From positions 5,509,447-5,573,446 of the forward strand of contig MU056063.1 of the NCBI GenBank assembly GCA_013239625.1: a DNA stretch of 64,000 nucleotides, in the 5' to 3' direction. The position numbers and the translations under genes are program-made. Shown here in pieces: positions 27,701 to 39,964 of the stretch. The stretch is from Lama guanicoe (Eukaryota). Positions within the stretch are counted from its first letter, which is position 1. Every line of letters starts with the position of its first letter. The notes below the pieces were generated by a model. The model saw nothing but the letters and a program-made list of their open reading frames with translations. It had not been told where the DNA came from and did not search any database.

Positions 27701-28260
27701 GCTCTCTCTGTGCCCCCCCACCCCCATCTCTTTGTGCACCCCCTTCATTCCGAGTAAGTATACACCAGCCTCCCTACATGGGGACCACAAGAAAGCGTCA
27801 AAGAGGACTCTGAGTGTAAGTCTTGTAAAATCAAGTAGTGGGTATTGGGAGTACACTAGGGAAATAGGACTGTTACCCATTCTTGACAGTGTCTACCCTT
27901 TTTTTGGGTCATTTTCTTCACATGGAGCATTGAGAAGGGAAGACCAGTCAACCTGAGGTACAGAAGGAAACACTAAGTTGTTCAGATTGAGAGGTCATGA
28001 TGCATAAATTAAACCCAGAAAAGAAAGAGGGAACTGATTCTTTGTCAGAACTCACTTCCTCTGTTAATTGTTTGGTTTATGAAGTATGGTTCACAGGTCT
28101 CACAGACCAGCAGAACCGTGTTGCCCCGTTGGAGAGCATGGGGCAGTTCCACCCCTTGTGGGAGAGAGTGTAGAAGAGACGATGTGTTGCGTCCTCGCCC
28201 TCCCTCTGATGACTGTGCACAACAGCAGTGCTGATTCTCTTCCTTTTTTCTGTTTTTCAG

Positions 28261-28317
28261 GGTCGACATGTTAAAACAGGTCAACTGGCAGCCATCAAAG
28301 TTATGGATGTCACTGAG
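28261..28317 (+). CDS. MAP4K4: MAP4K4 exon 3 (57 nt, phase 0/0): [19 protein letters not shown], contains catalytic Lys54
   Basis: Acceptor ttctgtttttcag|GGT, donor GAG|gtaagg; kinase subdomain II AAIK motif. Not recovered by the ORF track. Confidence 0.96.
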
Positions 28318-31127
28318 GTAAGGCTGGATTTAAACACTGGGAAAGGCTGGGTTAAAAACACAAATGTTTTTAAAGAAATCGTTAGATAAAAGACAGGAAT
28401 CCCCCGTCCCTCCAGCCCCCAATTTAAGAGTAATTGTTCTGTTTGGAGAATCGATGTTGAACAAATTGCCCTCGTGTGGCAGTGTGGGTTCACAAGGTCC
28501 AGCAGACTAGCTGGCTTAAGTTGTTGCAGATGGTCCCCAAGTAACTAAGAATCAGTAGCATTTTCTTTCTTTCTTTCTTTCTTTTTTTTAAAGCACATCT
28601 GAGTGATGTCATCCTTGGCAACATAATGGACCGTAATTGGAAACATCTCTAATGGAGGAGAGGAGACTTGAGGAGGGATCATGGGGGTCACATGAATAGG
28701 GTGGTTGAGGGGGTGGGCGGGGAACAGCTTCTCTAGGGTATTAGGCCACATTTGGGCCATTTCTTTTATTTTTAACATGGGGAAAGAAAACAGATCCAGC
28801 CAAGTTCCCAGAGGTTTGAGAGCAGAAACATCTGCTAGAATGCTGAGCAGATTGTTGGCAAAATTTAGTAGCAAAAAATAGTTCTTGACATGGTCACATG
28901 AGGATTCACTGTGCAGCATTAGATGGGAAAGAGGAGAAATTTGAAGTCTGACGAAAAGTCAGCGTGTGTGTGCCTGTGTGTGTGTGTGTGCAGGTACGCA
29001 TTTATGCCGGCGTCCACATTTAGTTTAAAAAAATAGCCATAGGTTATGATGAACTAAATCCATCTAATTTCAAATTACTGTCATCTGAAATTTTACTTTA
29101 CACTCCCAGGATTGCTTCTAATGTGCCTAATTATAAGATTTCCATCAGGTATCACAGACTCCAGAGAGAGCTAACAGTAATCTTGGGGACTTGGGGTCTC
29201 TATAAATCAAGCATAGTCTCCCCAAGCCTGGGGGCTGTCGAGGGAGAAAATGGCCACACTGATCTCGGGGTGATCTTGAGGGATCTGGGCGGGCGCCTTC
29301 TCCGCCCTCTTCTCCCTCGCTCTCCAGTAACACGCCCGTCTCCAGTATATGTGTGTTTTAAGTAAGAATTAGAAAACATCGTCTCTGGACCACGGGGCAG
29401 CCAGTGTTTGAAGACGTGACGTTTTTTGAGGCGACCACTCTGATGCCCTCTTTCGTCTGCCATGTTTTATAATGAGAAGGTGCCGTGGTCGAGCGGGCCC
29501 CAAGGTCCTTGTAACATCCGGGACGATTCTCTTGCATTCTTGTGATCCTGCCTTGTGTGCAGCTCCTTCGGAAGTTGGATTCTTTCCAGTTAAATGTGAA
29601 TTTTAAGATTACTTTACAGAGTGGTGGAGGGGCTGCAAATTCTGACTGTGCTGAAGTGCTCTGTGAGTGGGCTGGTCCGTGGCCCTCCCCGCCAGGCCTC
29701 CGTGCACGCTGCTGTGCAGGTTGCTGGTGGGGGCGCTGCGGCCTGCGGCCTTTATCAGCACCCTTCCTGACTGGGTTAGGGGCAGACTTGTGGTACCATT
29801 TTAAACGGGATCTTTGGGAATTCTGTGAAGCATCCGCACGTCCCGAGAGTTGAGGTCTTCCCCTCACTTCAGCCTATGCTGCCCTGGCTGGCGCTGCCGG
29901 GGGATCTGAGTGAGGCTGTCGGCTCCGTGGACACCCTCTTCGTCTGAGCCCAGCTCTGACCGTAAGTCTGCGATAATATACGGTCATTGTGTAGGAAAAA
30001 GTGTAAAACAGAGGAAAGTTTAAAGGCAGGTTCGATCCTCATCCTCCACCACGTACAGTCACTGTCGCTGGGGCTCTGGTGCGTTTCCTCCCAGTCATGT
30101 CTCTGTGAGCTTGGCTGTAAAACACACACTCGTGTGTGTCGTAGACACTTCCGGTGAGTTGCATACAAAAGATGTTTCCTTGCCTGAAAAATCAGGCAAT
30201 GTGGGACAAATGCGTTTTCAAGACTCCATTAAAAGTAATTACATAAAACCTGTGTTCAGTTAAAACGAGAACGAGATGGTGAGTCTCCAGAACAGATACA
30301 AACGCACCAGCCACTTCCCACACTGGGCTCTCAGCGATGTTTCTGGTGCTGTTTTCTCACCGTGACCTCAGTGCTGTAGCTCGGGGCGCAGCCAGCGCCC
30401 CAAGCAGGTGTGATTGTGGGTGGAGGACTTGTGCAGCCGGCACCCTGCAAAACAGGCCCCTCACTCCCCGCCCCCCACCCCAAGGGCCTCTCAGCTCTTC
30501 TTACAAAGTTGGAGGCCTCGGCCTGGGCGGGACCAGGGAGCAGGAGGGCGCAGGCTGGCAGGGACCAAGCTGCACCTGATGTTCCTGGCCTCAGCGCCGG
30601 CAGGAGGGGCTGTGAGGGGGCTGTGCATGCACTCTGACGCCCTCAGTGCCCTCTCGGGGGCAGGAGGGTAGGGCTGCTTGTTCTTGTGAAGAAGCGTGGA
30701 CTCGCCCTGCCTCTCGAGCCTGTTCCTTAGGTGAGATCGAGACTACTGCTTATTCCTGAGGCTTGGGGGCCAGAAGAATGGCAGGTGTGGGAGGGATGTG
30801 TGAGGCCGCACCCCCCCCCCCCGGGCCATCAGTAAGCTGCTGTTCTGCCTGCTTCACGTGGCTAGGTGACCCTGGGACGCAAGCAGTCTGGGGTGCACGT
30901 TTGACCTCCGGGGACCTACAGGGTCTGGGGGGCAGGCACGTATTTGCTCGAGGTGTGCAAACATCTTTGTTTCTTCTTGGGCTTGGACTATTTTAAGAAT
31001 TGATTATCTTTAGGGTTTTGAAGGGTTCTTTTTAAAGAAAGCTTGTCATTTGTCTGATTGCTTTTGTGGGAAGGGTTTAAGGACATGTTCAAACTGGCCA
31101 AGACCAGGACTTGAGGTCTATAATGTG

Positions 31128-31255
31128 TTGTTTTTGTTTTTGAGATAATTACAGATTTACAAGAATTTGCAGAGAAGTGTACAGGGAGGCCCCACGTACC
31201 CCCCACCCAGGTTTCCCCAGTGGTAACATCTTGCACGACTGTGGCACAGTGTTGT
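31128..31255 (-). mobile_element. Old L1 (L1MC/L1MD-like) extreme 3' end
   Basis: ttttgagataattacagatttacaagaatttgca...cacccaggtttccccagtggtaacatcttgca matches the recalled antisense L1 3' terminus. Confidence 0.65.
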
Positions 31256-31739
31256 AGCTGAAGTCTACACAAAACTGAGCAAGCTAAGGATCTGACCTGA
31301 ATCCGGGATTGATTATAGCAGGCGAGGCTGCGCTGTTCCCGTGTCTGCCCGCAGGGCTCAGGCCCAAGCAGGGCGCGGGAAACGGGCATCGGTGGAGCCC
31401 ACGGAGCTCGTTCAGATTTCCACAGTGAGACGTGCGTGTGTGAGAGAGAGAGAGAGAGACATGAGAGATACTTGAATTGGTGTTTGAATTCTTGCTAGAC
31501 CTTTCCTTTCAATCCTTGTGTGTTAATGTCAAACTTGCAGTTATTCCCAGTCATTATGATTGAAGGACTGATAGCTTGTTTCCTGCAGTTGGGGTATCCC
31601 GTTATTTTTTTTTTAACACGCTGGAAGGTAAACAAACAAAAAAATTCTCTAAATCAGTAATTCTCAACTGGGGGTCTTTGTGTAAGATTTCTCTTTGAGA
31701 ATTAAATTTTATATTTTCATCGTAATAGTTTCTCCCAAA

Positions 31740-32100
31740 CTTTTTGTCATGAAAATGTTCATAACTATAGAGCTGTTCAGAAAATGAACACTACTCTTCG
31801 TTAGATTCAACAACTGCAAGCACTTCATCTGTGTGTGTGGCACGTGTGTGTTGCTGTAATACCAGCATGCTTCCCTGTGAACACTGGAGCACACTTCTCT
31901 TAAGGTACAGTCTACAGAATCCTAATACCACCTGAGAGGATTGGTAATTCCAGACTTTCACCTAAGGTTGTCTGTTCCAAATGTCCTCCCTTGTGCCAAA
32001 GATGTTTTTATCACCATTTTTGCCCAGTCATAGTCCAGTGGAGGGTTGTGTATTACATTTGGTTATTTTATCTTTTAAGTTACTTTTAACCTAGATCAGA
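31740..32100 (-). mobile_element. Degraded old L1 3' fragment
   Basis: Ends in attacatttggttattttatcttttaagttacttttaacctaga, a motif recalled from antisense L1MC4/5-L1ME 3' ends. Confidence 0.5.
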
Positions 32101-32849
32101 CAGAACATGAAAATCCTCCTATTCTTGTCTATTTAGCAAGTAACTGCATGGAGGAAAGTGTGTAGCTTTCTCTTTTCCACGCTGAGAAGCCCTCACTTCA
32201 TGCAGGGATGACAGCAGACGTATGGATGTGTGGACAGGTGACTGACCCACCTGGAGTGCACATGCCCAGGAGGCTGTAGGCACTCAAGTCTTGGATGAAT
32301 TGAGCACTATGCTCTGTTTTTGGTGGGCACTTGGAGACACATGGAATAGACAGGCAGTATCCGTATCATTGTCTTGAAAATTCTACTGATACATTGTTGC
32401 AGTAGAGGGTATGCTGGAAGATATGATCATGTTTTATAGTGTTCTCATCTTCTTTGTAATCAAAAGTATTAAAAATAACCACAGATGTCATACATTAATT
32501 GTGAATAAGTAATAGTATTAGGACCTAAACTTTACACTTGAATTTTATTCCTCTAAGAAAGAAAAACTAAAGAGGTCTTTTAAACTTACCAGTGGTTAGA
32601 AACAGTGAGTACATTTCTGGCTTTTGTTTTTAGACTTGTCACTGAACTAATAAAAATGATTAATTTTTTTTCTCCATTTTCCTGTGAACGTAAATTTAAG
32701 GCTTGTAAATACTTTTCAAGGTGAATTTATGGCTTATGAGCCTCATTGAAAGTTGGCTTCGTTATTTAATAGTCTCATCCTGTTTTACTCCAAGACAGTA
32801 TTAACCTCCTTTGTTAGACTGGAGTTAAATTAGAGTTAAATTTAAATAA

Positions 32850-32953
32850 AGCTTCCATTTCCTCACCTGTAAATGGAATAATACTTCCTACCTCACAGGA
32901 TTTGGTCAGAATCAAGATTACATAATAGATGTAAAGTGTCTAGCACATGGTAA
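32850..32953 (+). mobile_element. MIR SINE remnant
   Basis: tttcctcacctgtaaatggaataatacttcctacctcacagg...atgtaaagtgtctagcaca resembles MIR. Confidence 0.7.
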
Positions 32954-34115
32954 AAGAGGGTTCCCTGTTCCCTTCTCATTCAAGTTACTAAAATAACAGA
33001 ACTCATCACTTCTGCTGAGGACGTTACCACACGCACCTGCGCCCTGAGCTGCTGTTCTGACCCCTCCAGGTGGCCCCCCCACTGAGACTTCATCCCTCCC
33101 TGGCTCCCTTGTCCCTCTGGTGTAGTCGCCCCTGCCTGGGCCTTGGCCACCGGCTTGGTCCTGCCCTGGGAGTGCGGTTTCAGTGCCTTCCTAGAGAACA
33201 TTTCCCGTGTTCGTTGTTCATCACACCCACGTGCCGTTCTGTACCAGGTGACACACGCTTGGGGGGGAGCAAACTCGGCTAGGATGCTCGGAGCCTCTCC
33301 AGGCCTGTGGCAGAGCCCTGCACAGGGGAGGCGCTCAGCTTCCACCTGCTGCTTCTAATGGCAGGTCTTAAGAACTTCCACAAGTGTTTTGAGAATTGGC
33401 AAAAAGTATGTACGTGGGTTCCCTTTTACCGCATTAGACATAGCCCTTATTTTAATACGTATGCGTTTTCATATTGTTTTGTGGGTTAGTTTTAAGTATA
33501 AAAAAGGAATAGAGAAAAATCTGACCCGTTCTTACTGGAAATAAGAACGAGTATCGGGCATGTGGATCCGACGCAGTGTGTTTGGTTCACTGGGACTGGG
33601 CCTGGCAAATGCCAGCCGCGGGCTGCAGGCTTTTGTTTTTGTTTTCTAAAATGCTGTTCATGCTGCTGCACTAATTCATGCATTTAAACAATTACTAAAC
33701 ACTCAGCGTTCTAAATGCATACTATTCCCACACCCAGGGTGGAGTGGAGGATTAATCATGCTCCAGAAGGAGCTATTCTTGAGCTCTGTAAGATACAGCT
33801 CGCTGTGAACGCGAGCCCGTAACTGCTGATGAGGGCTCTCTGGCAGACAGGGCTTCCGCAGTTTCTTAGTTTAATCCTGGCACTTCATGAATCAAAGCCG
33901 TTTTTCTAAGTAAAACAAATAGTTGAATTAAAAAAAAACACCCAGCAAATTTTATAAATCTTAAATTGCTGTTTTTAAAAATATGGACACTGTCTTTAAT
34001 AATTCCATCGTCTGCCCCCTAGCTTGTTTTGGGGGGGTTTATTAATGCAAAATTTTGTTTTTCATCTTGACACCTCCCTTCTTGCTTCCATTCCTAGTGG
34101 AATGATTGGCAAGGA

Positions 34116-34635
34116 TGTGTCTTGGAGGTCTTCAGGACCATCCTCAGGCTTGATGATTCACTGGCAGGACCCCTCCAGCTGCACCCTCAGCTGTGATCTA
34201 GCCGTGGAAGGACACAAAGCAGAATCCGCAAAAGGGAAGGGCATGTGGGATGAAGTCCCGGGGAATCCAGGCTCAAACTTCCAGGAGTCCTGTCCCAGTG
34301 GAGCCACGTAGGGCGTGCTTAATTCCTCCAGCAGTGAGCTGTCACAGCACGTGTGCAGGGCTGTTCCCCAGGGAAGCTCATCAGAGACTCAGTGCCAGGG
34401 GTTTTATTTGGAGCTGGTCACAGCAACCTATGCCTGGCACGTACCAGAAATTTCACACTCATGGCAGGAAAGTAGGTGTTCAGCAGAAACCATGTTGTTT
34501 GTTGAGTCTAGGAACAGTGAGGCCCTCTTACCAGTTCTGGGAATGGCAAAAACCCTCCCAAGTCCCAGTCCCAGGTGCCAGCCGAGGGCCCGGGCCTGGG
34601 AACCGGCCTTGGCTCTAGCTCTGTGTTCATGTGTC
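34116..34635 (-). mobile_element. MER21-family LTR fragment
   Basis: Collinear blocks (caggagtcctgtcccagtggagccac, cttaattcctccagca, cagggaagctcatcagagactcagtgcc, ggaaagtaggtgttcagca, ccaggtgccagccgagggcc) match the recalled reverse-complemented MER21B/C consensus. Confidence 0.75.
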
Positions 34636-35977
34636 ACCTGTCTGTTCAGCATCTAATCGGTGTCTGGGAGCTGGAGCTCACACGGCTCACTGAGTTCCTC
34701 GTCTTTGCCGTGAACCTGTCCCACCCACGGCCTTGGCCTCTCTCTGTCGTTGGAAGCTCCCGCTTTCTGCTCCGGCCACAAAGCCTTGGAGTCCTGTGGC
34801 TGCTCCCTTGCTGTCTTACTTGTCCGTTAGGAAATCTTGTTAGTGCCACTTTCAGACAGCATCAGTTTGGGATAAAATAGTCGCAGACAGTGGTGGACGC
34901 GGGGAGGGGTAGGCCACCAGTCAGTAACTGTTGAATCTGGACCCGCTGGGGGTTGGCAGCACCCACACCGAAAACATCTGGTCTGAGAATGTCGGTGTCT
35001 TCTCCTGCAAGGATGTGAATGTTATTTGGTATATAATGGAGCGATGCCAAGGGGACTTACTTGGTACAGAAGACACAGGTGATTCAAGAGCCCAAGGTGA
35101 TTTTCTGTGCAGAGGTGAAGGTTTCAGTGAACTGAAAGTATCATTGTCTTACTCAATTTTTTACCTGTAAGTCACGTCCTTCAATGCTGATGGATATGAG
35201 CTGATTTTCTTCATTTTAAGTTTAAGAAATGGTCATTTTGCTAAAACAGGTAGCAGAAACGTCATTGTAAACTGTGGCCAAACAATCAAGAGTGAAGTTA
35301 GTTTGATTCAAATCTCATGAGGTCTGCTCTGTCTGGGATGCATGTCTCAACAGCTCCTGTGTGTTTTTAGAGGGAATGTTTAGGGAAGATCCCATAGTAC
35401 CAGTGGGGGTTTTGTTTATATAGATGTTTAATGTGTGTATGTTACCTTAATTGTGTTTGTATGTTATGAATTTATACATACTGTCACTTATATACATAAT
35501 GTTTAATCACTTATGGGGAAATCTTTCCTTTGGATTGACACTTCTTTTTATAATATTTGAAAAAGTTCAAAATACCGTTTAAAAAACACTCAGGTCTCCA
35601 GAATTTGTTATTTATTATATATCTCTAAGATGGCACGATCTTTCTTCCCTGAAGTAATTAAGAATGTCGTTGTCTTCAGTTAAAATTGACCAATGAGGAT
35701 CTTAGCTCTGAACAGCAGGCTCCAGGTCAGCCCTTTGCTTCTCTCCTCCCTGAGGGCTCTGTTGCAGAGCGCCCGCTCCACCCTGGCCAGCCTGACTCCG
35801 GGCGCTACACAGACTCTCACCATGTGTTTTGCTTCACAGTCACGCAGAACCTGGGGAGGCAGTGACCCCAGGGAGGGAGAGCTGCTTGTTCTGTAGGGAG
35901 TGGCGCTGTTTGTTGTATCTGGGCCCCCGCCACCCTTCCAGAGCGCTCTCCCAGCAGCCCCGGCCTGCGCTTCACTC

Positions 35978-35978
<1 letters not shown>

Positions 35979-36026
<48 letters not shown>

Positions 36027-36040
36027 CGCGTGCGCACGCG
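35979..36040. repeat. Compound microsatellite (TG)19(CG)6 within a 62-bp alternating purine/pyrimidine tract
   Basis: Read directly: TG x19 at 35981-36018, CG x6 at 36019-36030, then tgcgcacgcg. Confidence 0.95.
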
Positions 36041-38167
36041 GGGGGGGCGTGCGTGCACAGAAGGAGGAACAGTGGACCAAGGAACATGATCTCAAGTTAG
36101 GAGCTATTTTTAGACCAAAATGACTTATTACAGTTTTGTGAGCTGTGAATGTAGACCCTGCCCTGAAGTTCTATATAAAGTGATGAACGACAAAAAGGTT
36201 TGTTAATCATTTATCTTTCTGATGATTTAAAAAGTGGACTTTACAGCTTTCTTTTGCTTTAAATACTTGCTGTATTGCTGTTTGGGGTGATGAGGGACTC
36301 TAGGAGGTAAAAGAAGTGAGGTTAAGTTGGGATATTGAACTTACATATTCCAATTTGTGAAAGCTTTTTTTGTTTGTTTAAATTGGATAAACTTAATCCT
36401 GTATTATTGCCTTCCACTCTGAAAATTAAAGATTTACTTTCTGGAAAACACTTTTTATTCCTGTGTGCAATAAAATTCACATTTTAAACAGTCATCCTGT
36501 GTATCTTTTAAAATCACATTTAAAAGGAAAATTATGTGCTGATGCAATACAAGCAGTGCCTGCGGTCAGCAGCACTACGCCTTGCGACCAGAACATGTCT
36601 CAGGATGGAAATAACTGGAAACAAGGCTGTCGCGGGGTAAGTTAGTCCGCGTGGTGCCTGTGACGTTCTTTAAGGCTTTAAATACAGTTGATTGAACCAA
36701 TCTCAGCAACGAACCATCTTATTTCTTGTTGAGTCACATATAGAGGATGGCAGGCCACCTGTCTCCTCAGTCTCTCTGGTACCTGGATTTGTGGTGTCTT
36801 CTCGCATTTCCCCAGGAGGAGCACCTGCCATGTATCTCTGGGTCCTCGTGTGAGCAGAGGTGACAGCACACGGACTTGGGGACACACGTTGCTAACCATC
36901 CTTAAGCAGCAGACCTGAGCCAACCACGCAGTCAGGAAGAAAACAGTTTGCAGCCAGTAGCCGTTTTGGTGGCTGGCCATTGGTCTCGTTGGTGGCTGGC
37001 GCCCTCGCTTGGCCTCTCAGCTGTCACCCCAGGTGTGCCCCTGCTGCCCAGAGGGAGGGGACCCGACGGTCACTGGCCGAGTCCACCGGAGGGCGCCCTT
37101 TCCAGGCTGCTACAGGAATACTTTGCGTTCAGAATTGTAGGAAATGCTCAGTTCACAGAGGAAAAGACAGTTATAGTTCGTTTTCTTCTGATCATCCTAC
37201 TTGAGTACCTACTATGTGCCCGGCACCATGAGGGCATTTGCGTGCTTCACCCACGTAACTGGCACACAGTTGCAGGTTCTGTTGTCCAGGAAGCGCCAAG
37301 AGCCAGGCTGGAGGTATTTACCACTGATTCTGGCCCAACACCACAGCATTTGAAAGATAGTTTATTTACCAAAGGAAGGTTTTATTACTTTTCTCTGGGT
37401 GATCATTATTTGGTTTCTTTTTCCTTTTTCACCTACTGTGGTGTATCATATGGTCATAGAAACAGGAATTAGGGTAGCTCGTGAGGTGGGGAGGTAGGGA
37501 AAGATTCAAGTAAAATCCTGAAACATACTGAAAATCTTTGCTTGGATTAACACGCCCCGAGTCAGAACTGGAAAATCACTGCACTGTGCTGACCCTGGCC
37601 GTCAGCACCCTCTTCCCCAGTCACCACCTTTTCCGAGGACAGAGTAGTTGCTTAATTCTGGCAGTTTCTATACTTTTGATTCAGGCATAAACTAAGTAGC
37701 TTGCACATAGCAATTGAGGTCAAACAAAAATTGTTTTAATGATCTTGTCAAAAGCAGGGTGATTTTGTGCATTAATTTTGTTCAGTTCTCCTGTGTGTGA
37801 CTTAAAGTTTTTAAAATTTTGCTGATATGCTCCTAGTGGTGGGGAGGTGGGAACAGATGGTCTCTGTTTTGTGTGGGTGGTGGTGGAGGTCTTTACTCTT
37901 CCAGCCCAGTTGAGGAATTGCAACACCTGTAAATCCAAGTTGTTGCCTTCTAAACGTGCCAGGTTTTGCTTTAAATGGATCATATAAGACAGACTGAGTC
38001 TCAGATTCCTTCGCAGGCAGAAGCCCAAGCCCAAAAGGCACAGTGGTGACCACCCACAGGGACGTAGGCAGCAGGCGGTTCAGTGTTTTTATGTAATTCC
38101 ATCCCTTGGGTTCATTTTGGTTGATTCCCCACCTACTTCCCAACCTCTCCCTTCCCCCCTCACCCAA

Positions 38168-38936
38168 TGGGTATTTGTTCCTGTTTCTTTGCCTGTCTGG
38201 TAATTTTTAAATGGATGCCAGACATGTGATTTTTACCTTATTGGGTAGTGGACATTTTCTGTTGTTTTTCTTTTAAGCGAAAGCAGATTTATTCAGGAAG
38301 ATACACATTCCATAGGCAGACCATGGTCCGTCTCAGAAGGGAGAGTGGCCCTAGTAGATAGACACTTACTCCATAGACAGAAGGCTGGCCATCTCAGAAG
38401 GCAAGATGGCTGGCCTTTTAGGAAAATCTATCTGATCCTTTATAGATGGGTCACTTGGGATCAGATCAGCATTTAGTCTAGTTCACCCCACTGTTGCGGC
38501 AGGAGCCTCCTGAGCTCTACCCAAACTCCTGTGAATGATACGGTTTTTCCAGTCTAGCCAGTGGCAGCAGGTGCTGCTCCCTGATCCTTTGAGGGTCCCC
38601 CCCGATGTCACAAGGTCGGGTGCTCTGTCCAGACTCGGCGCCCCCTCCCTGGCCTCCGTCCTGCACTCCAGCCACCATGTCCTCCCAGCCTCAGCTCAGG
38701 ACCGTCTGGGCTCTGACGGGCTGTCCCCTCCCTTTGCTACATCCTGGGCTCTCAGGGCAGCGCCGGGCGGTTGTAGGGCTTTCCTCCTGTTCCCATCTGT
38801 CAGAAGACAGCTCACTGTCCTTCATCCCTGGTGTCCAGTGTCCTAAAACTTTTTTACCTGTTTTGTCTACTTTTAGTTGTTTAAGCAGGAGTAATTCTAG
38901 TCCTTGATGCTCCTTCTTGGCCAGGAGCGGAAGTTC
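38168..38936 (-). mobile_element. Old L1 5'-end fragment (L1M4/L1ME-like), interrupted by an insertion
   Basis: ctggtaatttttaaatggatgccagacatgtga and terminal ttagttgtttaagcaggag...cttggccaggagcggaagtt resemble antisense 5' ends of ancient L1s (recalled). Confidence 0.6.
38265..38412. mobile_element. Short LTR-like insertion with an internal duplication, nested in the L1 fragment
   Basis: Two related units (acacattccataggcagaccatggtccgtctcagaagg and acacttactccatagacagaaggctggccatctcagaagg); resembles cetartiodactyl ERV LTR sequence from memory. Confidence 0.45.
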
Positions 38937-39964
38937 TCTTCATCTTCTTCACTTGAAGACTTTTTCAGAGGCCAGCCTTTGTCTGCCTGGCAGCGTCAGA
39001 TGTGTACGCCGGGGCTTGCGTGCACACGTGCGCACACGGTGGGTCCGGTAGGAAGTGCACGGCGGGTGGTGCTGCTCACACTGGTCCCTCCTTCAGAGCT
39101 GTGCCCTTCTGGCCATCCCTTACGAGGGCCTGCTTTTAGGGTTTTAAGTGAGACTCTTCGTGTGCGCAGGATTCTTGGCCCTGCTTGCGCTGGGGAGGCT
39201 TCGTGGAGTTTGCCACGGGCTCAGGGAAGACTGCGAATGGACGGAGGCGGGATTCTCTTCCCGACCCCCCGGGCAGGTCAGCAGGGTGAAGATGGCCTGA
39301 TGGCTGATCTTGGGCTCCTTTTACCTCCCCTCTGCTCCAGGAAGAACCTAAACTCGGGCATTTCTGATCTCAAGAAGTCATGGGTCTAGATTGGTGTCAC
39401 TGTAGCCAACAGGAAGGAGTGGCCGGGGAGGTCAGAGTGCTAGGCAACGCTGACCCAGTAGAGGGCAGAGTAACAGGAAGGTTCCAGTTCTTCAGGCTCC
39501 CCTCAGCGTCCCCTTACAGCTGACCGCTGGTGGGAGCAGCCGCAGCGGGGGGGTGGGCGGTGACGCTGGACAGCACGGGGGCATGAGGACCTCAGTCCGG
39601 GGGTGAGGCAGAGGACCTGCACTGTGTGAGTCGCCAGAAAGCTCATTTTAAATTCTTAAATTACTCTTCTAAACTGTTAGGTTTTTTTTTATTCTCCTAA
39701 TTAGGAAAATAATGTGTGTCAGTTGTTGAAAATTAAGTTAAGTTAAAGAAGGAAATGTCTATAATCCAGAGATAACCTTTGGTAACCTTTCTTCTTCTTT
39801 CTGTGTGCTCATTAAAACACGTGTGCAGGTTCCTAAACACACTTGCACACTTGTGTTGCGAGTGGCAGAATGTTGGTGTCAAGAACATAGTGCTTTGTTA
39901 TCCTCTGAGCACTTTGGATTACGGAGCTCTTTCTGGTCTCATGATACAATTACCAGCTTGATTA

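Noticed and set aside
1-28260. MAP4K4 exons 1-2 or a hosted gene or snoRNA/miRNA in intron 2
   Set aside because: No sequence encoding [22 protein letters not shown] was seen and no RNA gene was recognisable by eye; an Rfam/Infernal scan would be needed to exclude small RNAs.
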